A stretch of 64,000 bases of DNA. It comes from Cyanidioschyzon merolae (taxonomy: Eukaryota). The notes under the pieces are model-generated. The model worked only from the letters and a program-made list of their open reading frames with translations, did not search any database and had not been told where the DNA came from. The translations under genes and the position numbers were made by a program. The stretch is taken from NCBI GenBank assembly GCA_000091205.1, contig AP006488.2, one strand, 5' to 3'. Below are positions 9,686 to 22,194 of this stretch, in pieces. Within the stretch, counting starts at the first letter, position 1. The number at the start of each line of letters is the position of its first letter.

Positions 9686-10665
9686 CTGTGTCTCTTCCGG
9701 GCTCGATGTATGGGTTAGTCTCCTGAAACTAATCTTATAGAGTAGATCAGAATTCAGTATGCTTTTTTTGGCGGGTTCCTCGATCGTTCCAGGTGAGATG
9801 CGTTGGTCAAGCGCTGTGCTACGTATGAACGCTCTATGTATGCTATGCCTCTACCAAGATCACAGGATCCGGGAGAGTAGCGGGCACCATAACTTGGACA
9901 ACGACGATAGCATGGAAATGACTTGAACTGCCATCAGTTCCAGAACATGACGCAGGATAGAAGCACAATTCAGGTCAGTTCCTTATTCCAGCGTCCGTGC
10001 CGCATGCATAACAAGCACCGGGATTAAACGTATATCCGTGTTCAGCAATCCTACCGTGCCTTGTTTGTTTACGATCAATACAACTAACGAAACTCTTCAA
10101 GGCTAGAGTGATGCGTACCTTATCCACACAAGTGTAAGCCGCAGAGAACGCTACGCTTTTGATAGAAGCATCACGGGGTATCTCGCCAGGCCCCAACATC
10201 CCCTTGTACGTCAGGTCGGTACGGCGATGGGCGGTAGCGTCAGCACCACCGCCAGAGCCTATGCCAAGAGATCATTCTACGTGAGTTTCCAATCTACGAT
10301 ACTTTATTCCAGCTGCAGTGCGGTGCGAATACGCATATGCCAAGGCGGTGTCGGACACGTGTCCTTCATGGATCGGTGCAGCGTCTCGCGCGGTGCACGC
10401 ATCGCGCTCAGGGAGCACGCCTCGGAGATCAGGTAGTCAACTGACACGACGCGCATGCCGCCGTTGAAGGGAAACGCGATCCTAGTAACGAGCGTGTTGT
10501 TCTAACAGAAAAAGTTGGATTTCCGTTGGAGTCGAAGCAAAGTACAATTTTTCAGTTCATTTTTGTTTCAGCCCTCAAACAAGTCTAGTCAAGTGCTTTC
10601 TTGCAATACATAATAGAAGGGTTCGAAGCTGGTTCTTTTTCAAAAATACCTAAAAAAGAGGAGCT

Positions 10666-13166
10666 ATGAAAAAGCAAGTCCACGATCCTGAAGCGCCATT
10701 GTCGCCGGCTGCCAGAAAAACAAATACAGTGCCGAGTCCCGACGAAGAGCAAAAGAAAAAGAAGCAAAGGGGGAGGCCCTATGTCGATCGCGGCAAGAAA
10801 GACGACTGTACGACGAGATAGTGTTGAACGCCTGACTTCTTAAACATATCAAGGATCCCTACAGGGAAAAGTTGCGAGACGCTATCGAAAACCGTGTCGA
10901 CTCGTACTCCAAGAGTCTTTTCAAGGCTTCGTCAGGACTGATGCATTTGGCGAGGGAGATGTATCGCGACGTGACGGACATGGCAACCATCGAGATTCCG
11001 GACGAGTTCTTCGACAAGACCTTTATTCGTCACCTGATGCATGGTACAGCGGGAACGTGGAGGGAAAACGTGCTAGTGCATGTTCTCCACGAAAACTTCG
11101 CGGAATTCCGCTTCGAGGGTGCTCGGTACAGCGGTGACTCGCATATTTACACATACGGGGCAATGAAGTTCATCACGAACCTGAAGAACCATTTGACAGA
11201 GAACCTCGAATGTTTCATGATACGCACCGCGTTTGCACTCTACCCGGGCATCTCTCGCAAGGGGATATGGTCGATTATCAATGGCATCACGAACGATCGC
11301 AAGCATGAAGGTGAGGTCGAATTCGTCGGCAAGAAGACGTCAAAAGGGAGCACGAATGAAGCTTCTGCAACCCGTGCGGCTATACAAGAGCACCGTGCAG
11401 TCTTGGGGCTGGTGAATCCAACAGACAAGATATCAAAGTTGGAGAAAGATAAGGAAAGATACTATCGCCTCTTCCTGCGGCATTTTGTGTTTCTGGACCG
11501 AGAGCTCGAACGCAAAGTGGAGATGAAGCTGAGTGAAGAGACAAATGAAGAGTGGGAAAGACGGAAGGCTTTCCTAATGGGGAAGCGCTTCGACGTGGTT
11601 CCGTTGTGCAACATCAAGGCACATTTTGTGACTATCGACTCCGCGGTCCTTTACGGCATCATAAAGGAGATCAGTGCGGAGTTCAATATTCGTAGGGAGC
11701 ACTTCACCGGCGAAAACCAGGAGACGTACTGGAAGAAGATCTTCGGTTTCAAACGTCTCAAAACGAGCAAGCAAAAGGTATTCGCTGGGATGATTGAAAC
11801 CGATGGAGTAAACGTGTGTGTACACTATCGGCGGCTGAAGCAAGATCGTCCAGTCCCACTCCCCGCTGCGCCCTCGATGAAGCATGAAGATGAGAATGAG
11901 TCGGATCCTGCCACGCAGGAGGTAGAGGATACTGATCTTGTCGTTGGCGTGACGAACGATGAAGATGAGCAGGAGGCTGGTCCTGCGACGCAGGAGGTGG
12001 AGGATAACGAGCTTGCCGTTGACGCAGCGGAGCATGAAGAAAACCAAGAGGCGGGTCCTGCGACGCAGGCGGCGGAGGATAACGACTTTATCGTTGACGT
12101 GACGAAGGATGATCATGGGAAGGAAGCGGATCCTGTGATGCAGGAGGTGCATGATGACGCCTTTATGGTTGGCGCGGCGAAGCATGAAGAAAACAAGAAG
12201 GTGGGCCCTGCGACCCAGAAAGTGCAGGATAAGGACTTTGTCGTTGGCGCGGACCCTCGGAATACGAATATCATTACCATCGCAGCACCGAAGCGTGCGG
12301 AAGATGGTACTGATGGTAACTTACGTCAGAAAGACATGCGTCTTTTGAGGTTCACGAGAGAGAGATACTATCGAGAATCGGGAATCATGAATGCGAGGAA
12401 ACAATTCGAGACTTGGAAGTCAGGAATGAAAGATCACCTGGAAGCTTCGAGCTAGGTGACGAGCCGAGGAGCGCACTTTGAAGCTTTTCGGAAAGTCATG
12501 GAAGGTCGCATGACGCACTGGGATACGCTGTGGAAGGAGTATACCAAGCCCCGGTGGGCTCGTTTCCGAATGAATTTGTATTGTGGGAAGCAGCGGGCGG
12601 TGGCGAATTTTTTCAATCAGTTGAATGCCTTGATGGACGATAACAGTCAGAGGCTCGTAGTAGCGTATGGGGCAGGGCGCTGGAACACTCAAAAAGGAAC
12701 TTCGCCAGCTCCAACGACGAGGGTGTACAAGGAGTGCGCACGTCGTTTCGTTACAATACGGGTAGACGAGTTCCGAACGTCCTATACTCACCATGAGCTG
12801 GGTTGTACACTTCAGAGGGTGAAGATGGAAAAGTACCAGAAGAGCCCTGAGGAAATAGCAAAGTACGGACCGCTGACGGAAGAGCAAATGGAAAGGAGGG
12901 CGAAAGTTCGTGGACTACTCGCATTAGTAAGTACAACCAGTGATGGCAAGAAACGGATGGATTTCGTGAACCGAGAGTTTAATGCCGCAATCAATATAAG
13001 GAGATTGGCGGTGCTAGAGAAAAGACCTCCAGAGTGGACAAGAGAGAACTTTATTGGACAATCACTCAAAGTCGATTTATATGAGAAAGAATTGGAATCA
13101 GTAGTAGGTGACCGGTCCAAAAAGGCGGCGAGGCGTCTCCACGTCAGTTGGGGACGTTTTGTCTAG
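10666..13166 (+). pseudogene. TnpB/Fanzor-like nuclease ORF of copy 1, disrupted: frameshift and TGA near the N-terminus and an in-frame TAG at 12453..12455
   Basis: Two adjacent ORFs (10872..12455 and 12456..13166) lie in the same frame and are separated only by a TAG. The sibling copy has GAG at that position. The N-terminal exon-like ATG at 10666 is out of frame with the main ORF, and a TGA lies in the continuing frame. The RuvC-III 'NAAINI' motif is intact. Confidence 0.6.
11898..12257 (+). repeat. In-frame tandem array (5 x about 69-72 bp) duplicating the acidic '[14 protein letters not shown]' segment that ends in the RuvC-I motif
   Basis: The protein repeats are '[25 protein letters not shown]', '[25 protein letters not shown]', '[25 protein letters not shown]', '[26 protein letters not shown]' and '[19 protein letters not shown]'. 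Copies 3 and 5 carry a single unit. Confidence 0.7.
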
Positions 13167-14246
13167 GGCGCGGTTTTCCCGCCACTACTGTACACCGTTG
13201 GCGTCGTTCGACTTTCGAGCGGCGTTTGGTGTGGCCGTGCGCGGGAAGACGTCCATCATTCCATCTCCTTCCGAGTCTCAAAGCCCATGCTTCTTCTCGG
13301 ATATACTGGTCGTTTCGTATACTCTATCGAGTGACCGTGCATGCCTTGCCGCATCCGCTCCAGTAGTTTAAACGCTTGTGCGGGGTGTACAAAGTAGGTA
13401 TGGCGCACGATACAACGTACGCAACGACCAGCATATCAGAGAGGAATCACGAGGAATGCAACGATAAGGCAGGATGCATCACGATAGACGCTTTCCCGAA
13501 AGACAATATCCATCTACCCCGCAATCTGGGATCCATGGTCCATGGAAACGTGCTGCTACTGGAAAGAAAAACGAACGGGTGTGCGCGGCTGCCGTCTGTT
13601 CAACGTAGTTTCGTATTTCGTTCTTTTCTAGGTGGTGTAACGGAACTGTCTGCGGAAAATGACAGAGGAGTCCGCGGTGGAAGCTCGGCGTGTATCCTGC
13701 GAGGATTCCGAGCCCGAGGGATCGCCTTCGGCAGCCGCGCGGTCAGAGCAGGATACCGAGACGCCCGTCAGCACGAACGCCACAGGCACGCGACTCAACT
13801 GGAACACGCAGGCACCTGCAGTGACGAACGACGGCTGGCAAACAGCAGCGAGCGTATGCTCTAGTTCCGGTTCTGCGCTTGGTGAAGCGTTCACTCCAGA
13901 CGCTGCGCCTTCGCACGTAGGTACTGGAGCCGCAGCTCGTAGTGTTATGGCGACTGCCTCGGTTGAGAACAGTGTTCACTCCTTATCTGAGTCACCAATA
14001 AGCTGGAAAACACGCTTGAATGACCTTTAGGAGCGTCTCCTTCCCTGGATTCCCGAGCGAATGGCTTCCTTTTTCTACCGTCAGGCAACGCGCTGGCTGC
14101 CGACTCTCGTGCAGCGACTTCGATCAGCCTACGCCAAATCGCTTGAACCCATGGACGCTGTCGTTCATCTCTACAGGGGCATTGTTCCGACTTTTGATCA
14201 TCTTCCCGCAGAGGGCCGGGCGCCAACACAGATTCTCGCCGACCTG

Positions 14247-14477
14247 GATCGGGTGGAGCATATCTCGAGTCGATGCGCCCAGTGGTATCGCAAAGCCATT
14301 CTCTCAATCGGTACTGCGTCGGCACAGGCGGTACAGGCGACATTCTTGGCGCTCACGCAAGGCACCGCGCATGATGGTGTGTGGGGACCGACTAGAATCA
14401 CCGAGCTGAAGAATGGGTAACAGAATTCGAAGGCTGTTGGAGCGATGGACGGTTTCCCGATCGCTGACCTCAAGCGC
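14247..14477 (+). repeat. Dispersed direct repeat, copy a (231 bp); it forms the 3' end of a 119-aa ORF (14061..14420)
   Basis: Near-identical to 18724..18954 ('gggtggagcatatctcgagtcga...ccgagctgaagaatgggtaacagaattcgaaggctgttggagcgatggacggtttcccgatcgctgacctcaagcgc'). The shared peptide is 'RVEHISSR.AQWYRKAIL.IG.AS.QAVQATFLALT.GTAHD.VWG.TRITELKNG*'. Confidence 0.7.
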
Positions 14478-14884
14478 TCCAGTTTTGATTCCATGTCAAC
14501 GTATTCGGTCTGTCGACCAAGAAAACTAGGCGACGCTGTCCAGTTACATACATATAAATTCATTAATATCCATATAAATTCCATATCTCTGTTTGCAATC
14601 AGGGACGTCGAGACTTTCCGCTGCCATGTTCGGGAGAAATGTCCGCTTTCAGCAGCCGAGATAACGAGATCGCTAGATGATTTTTGCAACGTGGCCCTGT
14701 TCCCAACCGCAGGTTTTTTGAAGTCGGATCACTACTGGAGCGCCGCAGCCGCCGGCGTTGCAGAACACTGACGCGCGCTTCGTTGAATGCTCGTTGACCA
14801 CGTCCACTGATACACGAACCTGAATACAAGCTTCGATACGATACATACTGAGCGGCTTACGAGTCATAACTTCATACCTCCAAA

Positions 14885-15560
14885 ACATGTCTACAACCCC
14901 TACTCGTGACGATAAGGATATTGTGGGAAAACGCTACGGTCTAGCTTGCCTGTCCTATCGTAAGCTACCACCTGTCGAAGGCGAGTACCCTGAAGGTGCT
15001 GCGCGGCTGGTGCTCTGTTGCATCAAGATCACCACCAAGGGAGACTCGCGTGCGTTTACCAAGTACCCATACACGGTGGATAATGGGTGGGTATGTTGTT
15101 GTGATTGGTGCGCTGCTTAAGAAATTTAGGCGGGGAGAGCACTTATACAACTATAGAAAAATCAAGTGCGTTCGGGGCTCTAGTGCGTTTCCACTTCAGA
15201 GCTTCTTTCTTCGAACACCGGCGCTACTGCTGCCGACGAGCCGGACGTTTTCCTCTGGAACGCGAAGCTTGAGCGGACTCCTCGAGGACTGCAGTGTCGT
15301 GGACTGGAAGTGATGATGTGCTCGTGTAGGAGTGGTATCCAACGCAGCGAAGTTCTTCGTTCAGCCGCGTCGCTCTAGCCTCATGCTATGCGGTGCGATT
15401 GTGACACTGCTTGACTGTGCCCTGCCCCAAGCGCTGAAGATTGCGTTCCCGCTCTGCACAGTTGGGGGCAGGACACCTGCACGAACTTGTTCCGCCCTCA
15501 CCGAAGGTCGTTTGCGTACTGGAAATGGAAAGTGAAGGATAGCTAGTGTCTGTATGCGGC
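14885..15560 (+). repeat. Inverted repeat pair, copy 1 (about 670 bp), carrying a conserved 77-aa Cys-rich small ORF (14887..15120)
   Basis: ORFs 14887..15120, 14996..15313 and 15332..15535 each have near-identical counterparts on the opposite strand at 22619..22852, 22426..22659 and 22204..22407. Confidence 0.7.
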
Positions 15561-16552
15561 AGACTACGTGTGACAGTTAAGCTGCATTCAGGAGGCCAGG
15601 GAGAGCCGCAAACATAAAAAAGACACAATGAGAAACAGACTGAAACGATTTGTCCTAAAACAACTGTCCTAAACCTTCCACACAGATCCCACATAAGAAT
15701 TCCGTTTTTCGGGATACACATTAAATGTGCCAAACAAAGCGGAAGGTTTCGGGTAACGTGAGAAGGAGCCCCACGACCGGGTCTTTGACAAATACGAACG
15801 TAGGGGTGGAACCAGTAGCACCATATGATGGTGAGATATTTGAGCAGACACCTGTCTGTCTTGAATCAACTCTGCAGGCACTGGCGCGAACCCTGGATCT
15901 AACCTCGAACTCGAGCTCAGGTTTACCTCCTACTTTAGTTTTTTCTTCAACTTTGGGGAAGTCTCGGCGGAGGTTTTGGAAGACGGCAGGCAGGTTGTTC
16001 GCGGTCGAAGGTGGAATAAGCGACTTACCCGCCTACATGTTTGGGGAGCGGATCCGAAGCCGTTGAAAGGGTCGTTAGTAGACTATATCCCGAGTGGTCG
16101 AGGGTTGCATCACGCGCCACGCAGCGTAACGGCCGCTTTCGAATCGACCCCGCCAGCTCGACTCCTAACACTGCGCTACCACTGCGGCAAGCACTCAATG
16201 AACGACTGGAGTGTAGAAGGCACTGGTGGCATGTGCGCTCACACACTCCGTGGCGGGTGCGTCTAAATCGACGGCACAACTCTGGAGCACCGCAACGCTA
16301 TTCCTAATCAATGACGAGCTACCACTCGATAGGTTTCGCATCGTGGAACATTTGCGGGACAGCCGCGAGACTGGACGATGCAAGGCACTTCCGGGAGCGC
16401 TGAGACGCCCATAGCCTGGCGTTGCGGGAGACACTACGCTCAGAGAACACAAATGCCTATAATAGTCTGCACATCCCAGGCTACAACAACGTTTGAACCT
16501 ACATACGCAGGCCCTACGGACAAGTTAACTTATTTATTTATGCACAGGTGGA

Positions 16553-18473
16553 GTGGCGCTCACTGTGGATCGACGCCTCACTTGCGAAGCGCTCGGTAAC
16601 CCGTCACCATGGATGCTCTTAGTGCGTGTTACAATCGCAGGTGAAATCATAACTTCGCTTGTAGGCTCTATTCATATTCCACATGCTGCAGAGATGCGCC
16701 GGCAGGCGCTGAAACAGTTGGCCTCCAATATCCAGCGCTTGAGATGTAGCTCACGGGGTAGTGAACCGATGACCATTATGGGGGACTGTGACATGTCGGC
16801 GAACCAACTTGGGCAACACCTACAACGACTGGGATGCGCATTCCTATCGGTGTATCCGTGCAGACGGTCACTCTTGACGTGGCACCGCCTAAGCGGCCAA
16901 CGTTTGCTTCGCTCATCTATAGATCACATCCTAAGTGAGGGATGCGACCCAGCACTCCAGCATATCGCCGTTGACAGTCTTTGGGACGCCTCAGACCAGT
17001 AGCCTATTCACTGCACATGGCACTCGCGCCCGAGGGACAAAAGCTTTGAGACAGCAATGGTGGTAGCACAGACTGCACAACAGAGGTCACCAGCGGGTGC
17101 ATCCTTGATGGATAAGGCCTGAAACTAACCAAAAAGTCACGAGCCGCTTCCCGAAAGGAGAAATCCAGTAACCAGCACAATAACGAAAAAGTGATACCAA
17201 TAGCGGACTGTACATCAGCGAAAGAGATGCAGCGGGATATGAAGGAGGAGACACAGAAGCCTCATTCCCCGCGTAGCAGAAGATCAACCGGAGAAAGCGA
17301 CCCAGAACAGGGCTCAAAGAGGAAGACATGCAAGAACAAACGGACCAACAAAAGAAACGACTGACAAAAGGGCTTACAGCTCTGGCCCCCCCGCAAACGC
17401 ATCTCAACTCATCCCCCGAATGAGAACCCTAACGAGAACTCAGGAAAACAGCCAACATGCTCGGCCACCCGCTTGTGGCGCCACAGACGCGAATACCCGT
17501 GCGCGCAAACCCTTAGACTATTTGAGATGCGAGTTCGTCCATAGGAATCAGATGATTGCCAGAGAACTGGGACTGCTTGCACCAGAACGCAATAATAGCA
17601 ACCCGCAGTTCCCGAACCGACGTACCAGAGCACGGATACTTGAAGGCCACTAACTCGACAAGGTCGTCATTCGCACCGCCATACAAGCCAACGACGACGA
17701 CAACAGAGCAGCCGCAGCCCTATCGGTGCTAAAGGCGCAGCGTGCGGAAGCTCCCAAAAGAACGACGAACCTATGCAGAGAACACATACGAGCCGATAAA
17801 AACCCAGAAACGCTCCTCTAGCCAAGGCTACGTACGAGTGCGCCACCGAAGATGAACTTTGGCGCTAGATCCGAACGAGACTTGGCCCACCCAAACAATG
17901 TTTGGAGATCGCACCAATCTACCACAAGGGAGAGATGAGGACAGGGAGTGCTCCAGTGAACGATGCCTGGACAGATCGCTTCACAGACCTGTACGAAGAC
18001 GTAACGGGACAAGTTCGAGACCCAACCTTGTGGCGCCGAAACGCTGCCAAACTACTCCATCTGGACCCGTGACTCAACGTGCGCGTCCTGATTACCTGGC
18101 CTCAGCTCTGTGAGGCTCTGCAAAGAAGGCATATCCACCAAGTGCGCTGCATTGGAGCATTCCTCCCGCGGACCGGGTCAAAGTGGCGCTCCCGCAATAT
18201 GAGACACCAGGGACACCATCGATACCTTATGAATGTGAGACAATCTTAGCCAAACGCCTTCTGGAGATCATCCATCGCATGTTTGAAGAAGCGTACATCC
18301 CAGGTGTATGGGAGACTGCTGAGGTCGTACCCTTCCTCGAAAAGGATCCAGCAACAGATACGAACATCTACCGGGCTACGCGCATCATCCCGTCGACCAT
18401 TAAGCTCATGTGCGTCATACGCACGTACCGGATCCACGCGGGCCTCGAGGAGAGATGTTTCTTCGTCCCATAA
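16553..18473 (+). mobile_element. Degenerate non-LTR retrotransposon (LINE) remnant: AP-endonuclease C-terminal fragment and reverse-transcriptase fragment
   Basis: 16553..17002 contains 'IMGDCDMSANQ...LLTWHRLSGQRLLRSSIDHILSEG' (EEP/APE 'GDFN' and 'RIDhIL.S' motifs). 18183..18473 contains 'YIPGVWETAEVVPFLEKDPATDTNIYRATRIIPSTIKLM', which resembles the LINE RT domains 0/1 ('IP..W....LIPKkgdp.d..NyRPIsLl...K'). The intervening sequence is not open. Confidence 0.35.
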
Positions 18474-18723
18474 CAGGAAGGATTTCGGAGCCGTGAATCG
18501 GATGCGCACATGGGACCAGAGTTATGTTGACCTACCCACTGGAGGGTACCGGGCAGAGGCCAGCGCCTCGAATCGAAAACATACTCTACACAAGTTTGCG
18601 AAAGTCAGACTCGGGCTTTAGGATGTATCCCAGCAGCCACTGCTCTCCAAATCCTCGTATCGCGAACGCAAGCCAAAATATGCACACTGGCCGAGCGCCA
18701 ACCGCTTGCCAAACACGACCTTG

Positions 18724-18954
18724 CATCGGGTGGAGCATATCTCGAGTCGACGCGCCCAGTGGTATCGCAAAGCCATTCTCACAATCGGTAGTGCGTCGGT
18801 ACAGGCGGTACAGGCAACATTCTTGGCGCTCACGCCAGGCACCGCGCATGATGTTGTGTGGGGAACGACTAGAATCACCGAGCTGAAGAATGGGTAACAG
18901 AATTCGAAGGCTGTTGGAGCGATGGACGGTTTCCCGATCGCTGACCTCAAGCGC
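18724..18954 (+). repeat. Dispersed direct repeat, copy b (231 bp; 3' fragment of the 14061..14420 ORF)
   Basis: See 14247..14477. ORF 18706..18897 ends with the same 'ITELKNG*'. Confidence 0.7.
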
Positions 18955-19517
18955 GCAATTAGGAATCACCGATCAGGAGAAAATCTCTGTTAGGCAAACA
19001 GCAACATAGAGAAATTATTCTTAGACGCTGTTTGGGCACTCGACAGTATCCGGGCAGACCTAGCACCACAACTTCGGTCCTGCATCAACAAGCAGGCAGG
19101 AACTTCGCTCACTAGCGAGCGTTTCTAAATATCCATGGACGGGGCGCCGAGCATATCGATTAGCGCGAACATCACGCTCAAAAAGGCTCGTATTGATAAT
19201 CACGTTCATGACGCTGGCAGCAGGCACATTCACCCGGACAACGTATTCGCATACGAGCGCTCCACGTCAACGATTGCGCGCAAAACGAGGAGATGGTACC
19301 GCGAAAGCATCTCATAACTTTAAGTATGACGAACAACCACATAATGCACCACCGTGCGCGCATGAGCGCACCAGCACCCGAGCTGGATCCGAACGCCACC
19401 AGATTCTTGGCAGGTAAAGCCTGTCAATCTTACGATGGGCACGCCCAGTGCAGCGGTAAGTATCGGGGCGCTTGTGTTCTGGCCCTCGATAGCAGCTGGG
19501 AGCCGTTATCCGGCGGC

Positions 19518-20978
19518 TCAGGCACCGCATGTGTTCGTGATCTCCACGCGACCGTGAAAGCTTGAGCAGACTACGCGCGATTGATGCAAACTTGTCGCCG
19601 CAATTTCTGGCAACGCTTCAGGGTCCCCACGTGCGCCCGTCGCTGCAGTTATGGTCGCCAGCTCGGCGCCTGACTGCACAGTGCCCGGTAGATTTCTCTT
19701 CTGGCAAATTTGCTCACGCCATAACACCAGCATTCGTCGGATATCTTCCAGATCGCTCATGGTGGCGGAGGCGCGCTCGCCGCGAATGAAAGCACGAACA
19801 AGCTCGAGATGCTTGCGTTCGGAGGCCGCCTCCAGCTCGCCTCCTTCCGGTGTATCTTGAGGACATCGCTCAGGCATGCCTTCCATGATCCAGCGACGCA
19901 GCAGCATCAATTCATATCGATCCAGCCACTCTGCTAGTGATTTCTGCGATACGGATGTATCCGAAGCGGTTCCCCGGTCCGGCGACTGCGATACTATAAC
20001 CGGGATATGGCGCAGCTTCTCAAATTCGGACCATCGCTCATCGTAGACCGCGTTTGAGACAATGCTCTTGTCTTCCTTCAGGCTGGATATCATTTGCTCG
20101 TGATATTCCAGTCCGAGAAATTCATATTGCCAGACGAATTTAGCTCCATTACGCCCATTCCTGTCACAGATTTTCTTCGAATCTTGTGGAGCGATACAGA
20201 GAACCTCCGCAAGGCCAGCGATGCCTATTCGCGACCCCCGCTTGATCGGCGCGCGCCCACAAGCCTCGGCTGTTGTGCGGCCCGTGCATGCGAAGAATAA
20301 CTGCACCAGATACAGTGCAGCTATAAAACCTCCAACGAATAGGCAGTAGACACCAACAAGAAGCGCCAAAATAGCCGGAAAAGGGCGATGCACCAACGCT
20401 GCCCTGAAACCGCTGGTGCCGCTGCCGAGCTGTTCACTTTCGAAGCCAATCTCAAGGAAACAAACAACAACGCCATACACGAGCAGTAGCAGGATTGAGA
20501 TGAGATACCCCAGAAAGTAGGGGTGGTTGCGCGCCCCCACGCACTGGCCAAGCCAGACGCAGTGGTGGTCCAGGCGAACACAGCAGCGCTCGCATACATA
20601 GCAATGCTTGGTTCGTGGTGGCCGGAACACCCGGCAGTTTTCACAGTACTTCAGGGAGAACTCCTCTCCTGTCTTCCTGTCACGAACTCGAATGTTCATT
20701 GGAAGACCCGTGGAGGCCTCCCGGTACAGCAGCTCTTTTTCGTGTTCAGCGCTGTAAGGGACCCAGCCCGGGTCAGTAAAGGCGGCCACGAGGAAGCATG
20801 TCCACGCGCAAACAGCCAAAAAGATCCCTACGGCAAGCACAGACCAGCCGCGCGGCGCCTTGTCCGCACAAAAATATGGTGCTACACCAGCAAAGAAGAC
20901 GATCTGCGGTACCGCAGTGGCAAAAGCAGCGACTACAAACAGCCGTCGCTTCGAAGGCACGAGACTTGACAGAGGCAT
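19518..20978 (-). CDS. DHHC-type zinc-finger protein S-acyl (palmitoyl) transferase
   Basis: The 486-aa intact ORF contains 'CENCRVFRPPRTKHCYVCERCCVRLDHHCVWLGQCVGARNHPYF' (DHHC-CRD). Hydrophobic TM segments flank the domain on both sides. Confidence 0.75.
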   Translation of the reverse strand: MPLSSLVPSKRRLFVVAAFATAVPQIVFFAGVAPYFCADKAPRGWSVLAVGIFLAVCAWTCFLVAAFTDPGWVPYSAEHEKELLYREASTGLPMNIRVRDRKTGEEFSLKYCENCRVFRPPRTKHCYVCERCCVRLDHHCVWLGQCVGARNHPYFLGYLISILLLLVYGVVVCFLEIGFESEQLGSGTSGFRAALVHRPFPAILALLVGVYCLFVGGFIAALYLVQLFFACTGRTTAEACGRAPIKRGSRIGIAGLAEVLCIAPQDSKKICDRNGRNGAKFVWQYEFLGLEYHEQMISSLKEDKSIVSNAVYDERWSEFEKLRHIPVIVSQSPDRGTASDTSVSQKSLAEWLDRYELMLLRRWIMEGMPERCPQDTPEGGELEAASERKHLELVRAFIRGERASATMSDLEDIRRMLVLWREQICQKRNLPGTVQSGAELATITAATGARGDPEALPEIAATSLHQSRVVCSSFHGRVEITNTCGA

Positions 20979-21172
20979 CTCTCTAACAGAACTGGGAGCG
21001 TCTAGTCCACACGAGTGGAGAATTTAAACCTTTGAAGTAGTCTGCAGCGAACTACAGTACGACATTTGAAATAGATGAAGACTTGAGTGTGAGACGCCTG
21101 AAAGGCGAGCAGGGCAGAGCGCTCGCAGTCAAACAGAACGTTGAGATGCAAAGCGTGGTGCGCAGGTAAAGG

Positions 21173-22165
21173 TTGTCGTTGGCGCGGACCCGGAAACTCA
21201 AATATCGTTACCGTCGCAGTACCCAAGCGTGTGGCAGATGGTACTAACGGCACCTTACATCAGACAGACATGTGTCTTTTGAGGTTCTCGAGAGCAAGAT
21301 ACGATCGAGAATCCGGTATGATCAATGCAAGGAAGAAAATTGAGACATGGAATGCAGGAATGAAGGATCACCTGCAAGCTTTGAGCGAGGTGAGGAGCCG
21401 AGGAGCGGACTTTACAGATTTTCGGGAATTCATGGAAGTTCGCGTTGCTCATTGGGACGCGCTGTGGGAGGATTATACAAAGCCCAGGTGGGCTCGTTTG
21501 CGAATGAATCTGTACTGTGGGAAGCAGCGGGCGTTCGCCAACTTTTTCAATCAGGTGGGCGCCCTCAAGGAGATTGAAAGTCAGAGGCTCGTCGTAGCGT
21601 ACGGAGCAACGCGCTGGAAGACCCAAAAACGGGACTATGCCAGCTCCAACGACAAGAACGTACAAGGAGTGTGCACGGCGTTTCGCTGCGATACCTGCAG
21701 ATGAGTTTCGAACATCGTATACACACCACGAGCTGGGATTTACACTTCAGAGAGTCGAGATGGAAACGTGCCAACGAAGCCATGAGGAAATAGCAAACTA
21801 CGGACCGCTGATGGGAGAGCAAATGGATAAGAGAGCGAAAGTTCGTGGACTACTTGCGCTGGTGAGCGCAACCAAAGATGACAAGAAACGTATGGTATTA
21901 GTGAACCGAGACTTTAACGCCGCTACGAATGTAAAGAGATGTACGGTGACAGATAGAAGACCTCCAGAGTCGACAAGAGAGAACTTTGTTAGACAATCAC
22001 TCAAAGTGGAACTATATGAGAAACAGTTGGAAGCAGTTGTAGGTGACCGGTCCAAAAGGCTGGGAGGCGTCTGCACGTCAGCTGGGGATTTCTTGTCTAG
22101 GGCGGGCTTCTCGCCACTACTGTACACCGCTGGCGACAACGTTTTGCTTTTGAAAGGCGTTTTGT
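21173..22165 (+). mobile_element. Fanzor/TnpB-like element copy 2 (family A; 5'-truncated, begins at the RuvC-I 'VVGADP' segment; frameshifted)
   Basis: Homology begins at 'gttgtcgttggcgcggaccc'. ORFs 21141..21704 and 21637..22353 lie in different frames, with the same +1 insertion as copies 3 and 4. The 'VNRDFNAATNVKR' RuvC-III-like motif and the conserved 3' end are present. Confidence 0.7.
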
Positions 22166-22194
22166 TTCAGGGGTTTTTGCAGTATACAGACACT

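Larger units (their letters stand above)
10495..13235 (+). mobile_element. Fanzor/TnpB-like (RuvC nuclease-encoding) repetitive element, copy 1 (full length, family B)
   Basis: The 5' end 'agcgtgttgttctaacagaaaaagttg...' is shared with copies at 25930 and 54270. An internal TATA-like box 'cataatag' lies upstream of an ATG (MKKQVHD...). The large ORF carries RuvC-I-like '[17 protein letters not shown]', a Zn-finger-region motif 'VDEFRTSYTHHELGC', and RuvC-III 'DFVNREFNAAINIRR'. The conserved 3' terminus is '...gtctagggcg...gccactactgtacaccg...'. Confidence 0.7.

Noticed and set aside
11574-12185. Long antisense ORFs inside the element copies (11574..12185 minus, 26871..27398 minus)
   Set aside because: They run opposite the acidic (GAG/GAT-rich) repeat region, which is naturally stop-poor on the reverse strand. 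Their translations are low complexity (LLRRR...) and are not conserved independently of the sense frame.
12453-12455. In-frame TAG within the element ORF and TGA within the lipase, as possible evidence of a non-standard genetic code (TAG/TGA as sense)
   Set aside because: Sibling element copies have GAG at the TAG position. Other long ORFs (PEPS about 800 aa, Kelch-Hint 727 aa, NDOR1 575 aa) are free of internal stops and end at ordinary stop codons. The standard code is the simplest reading.
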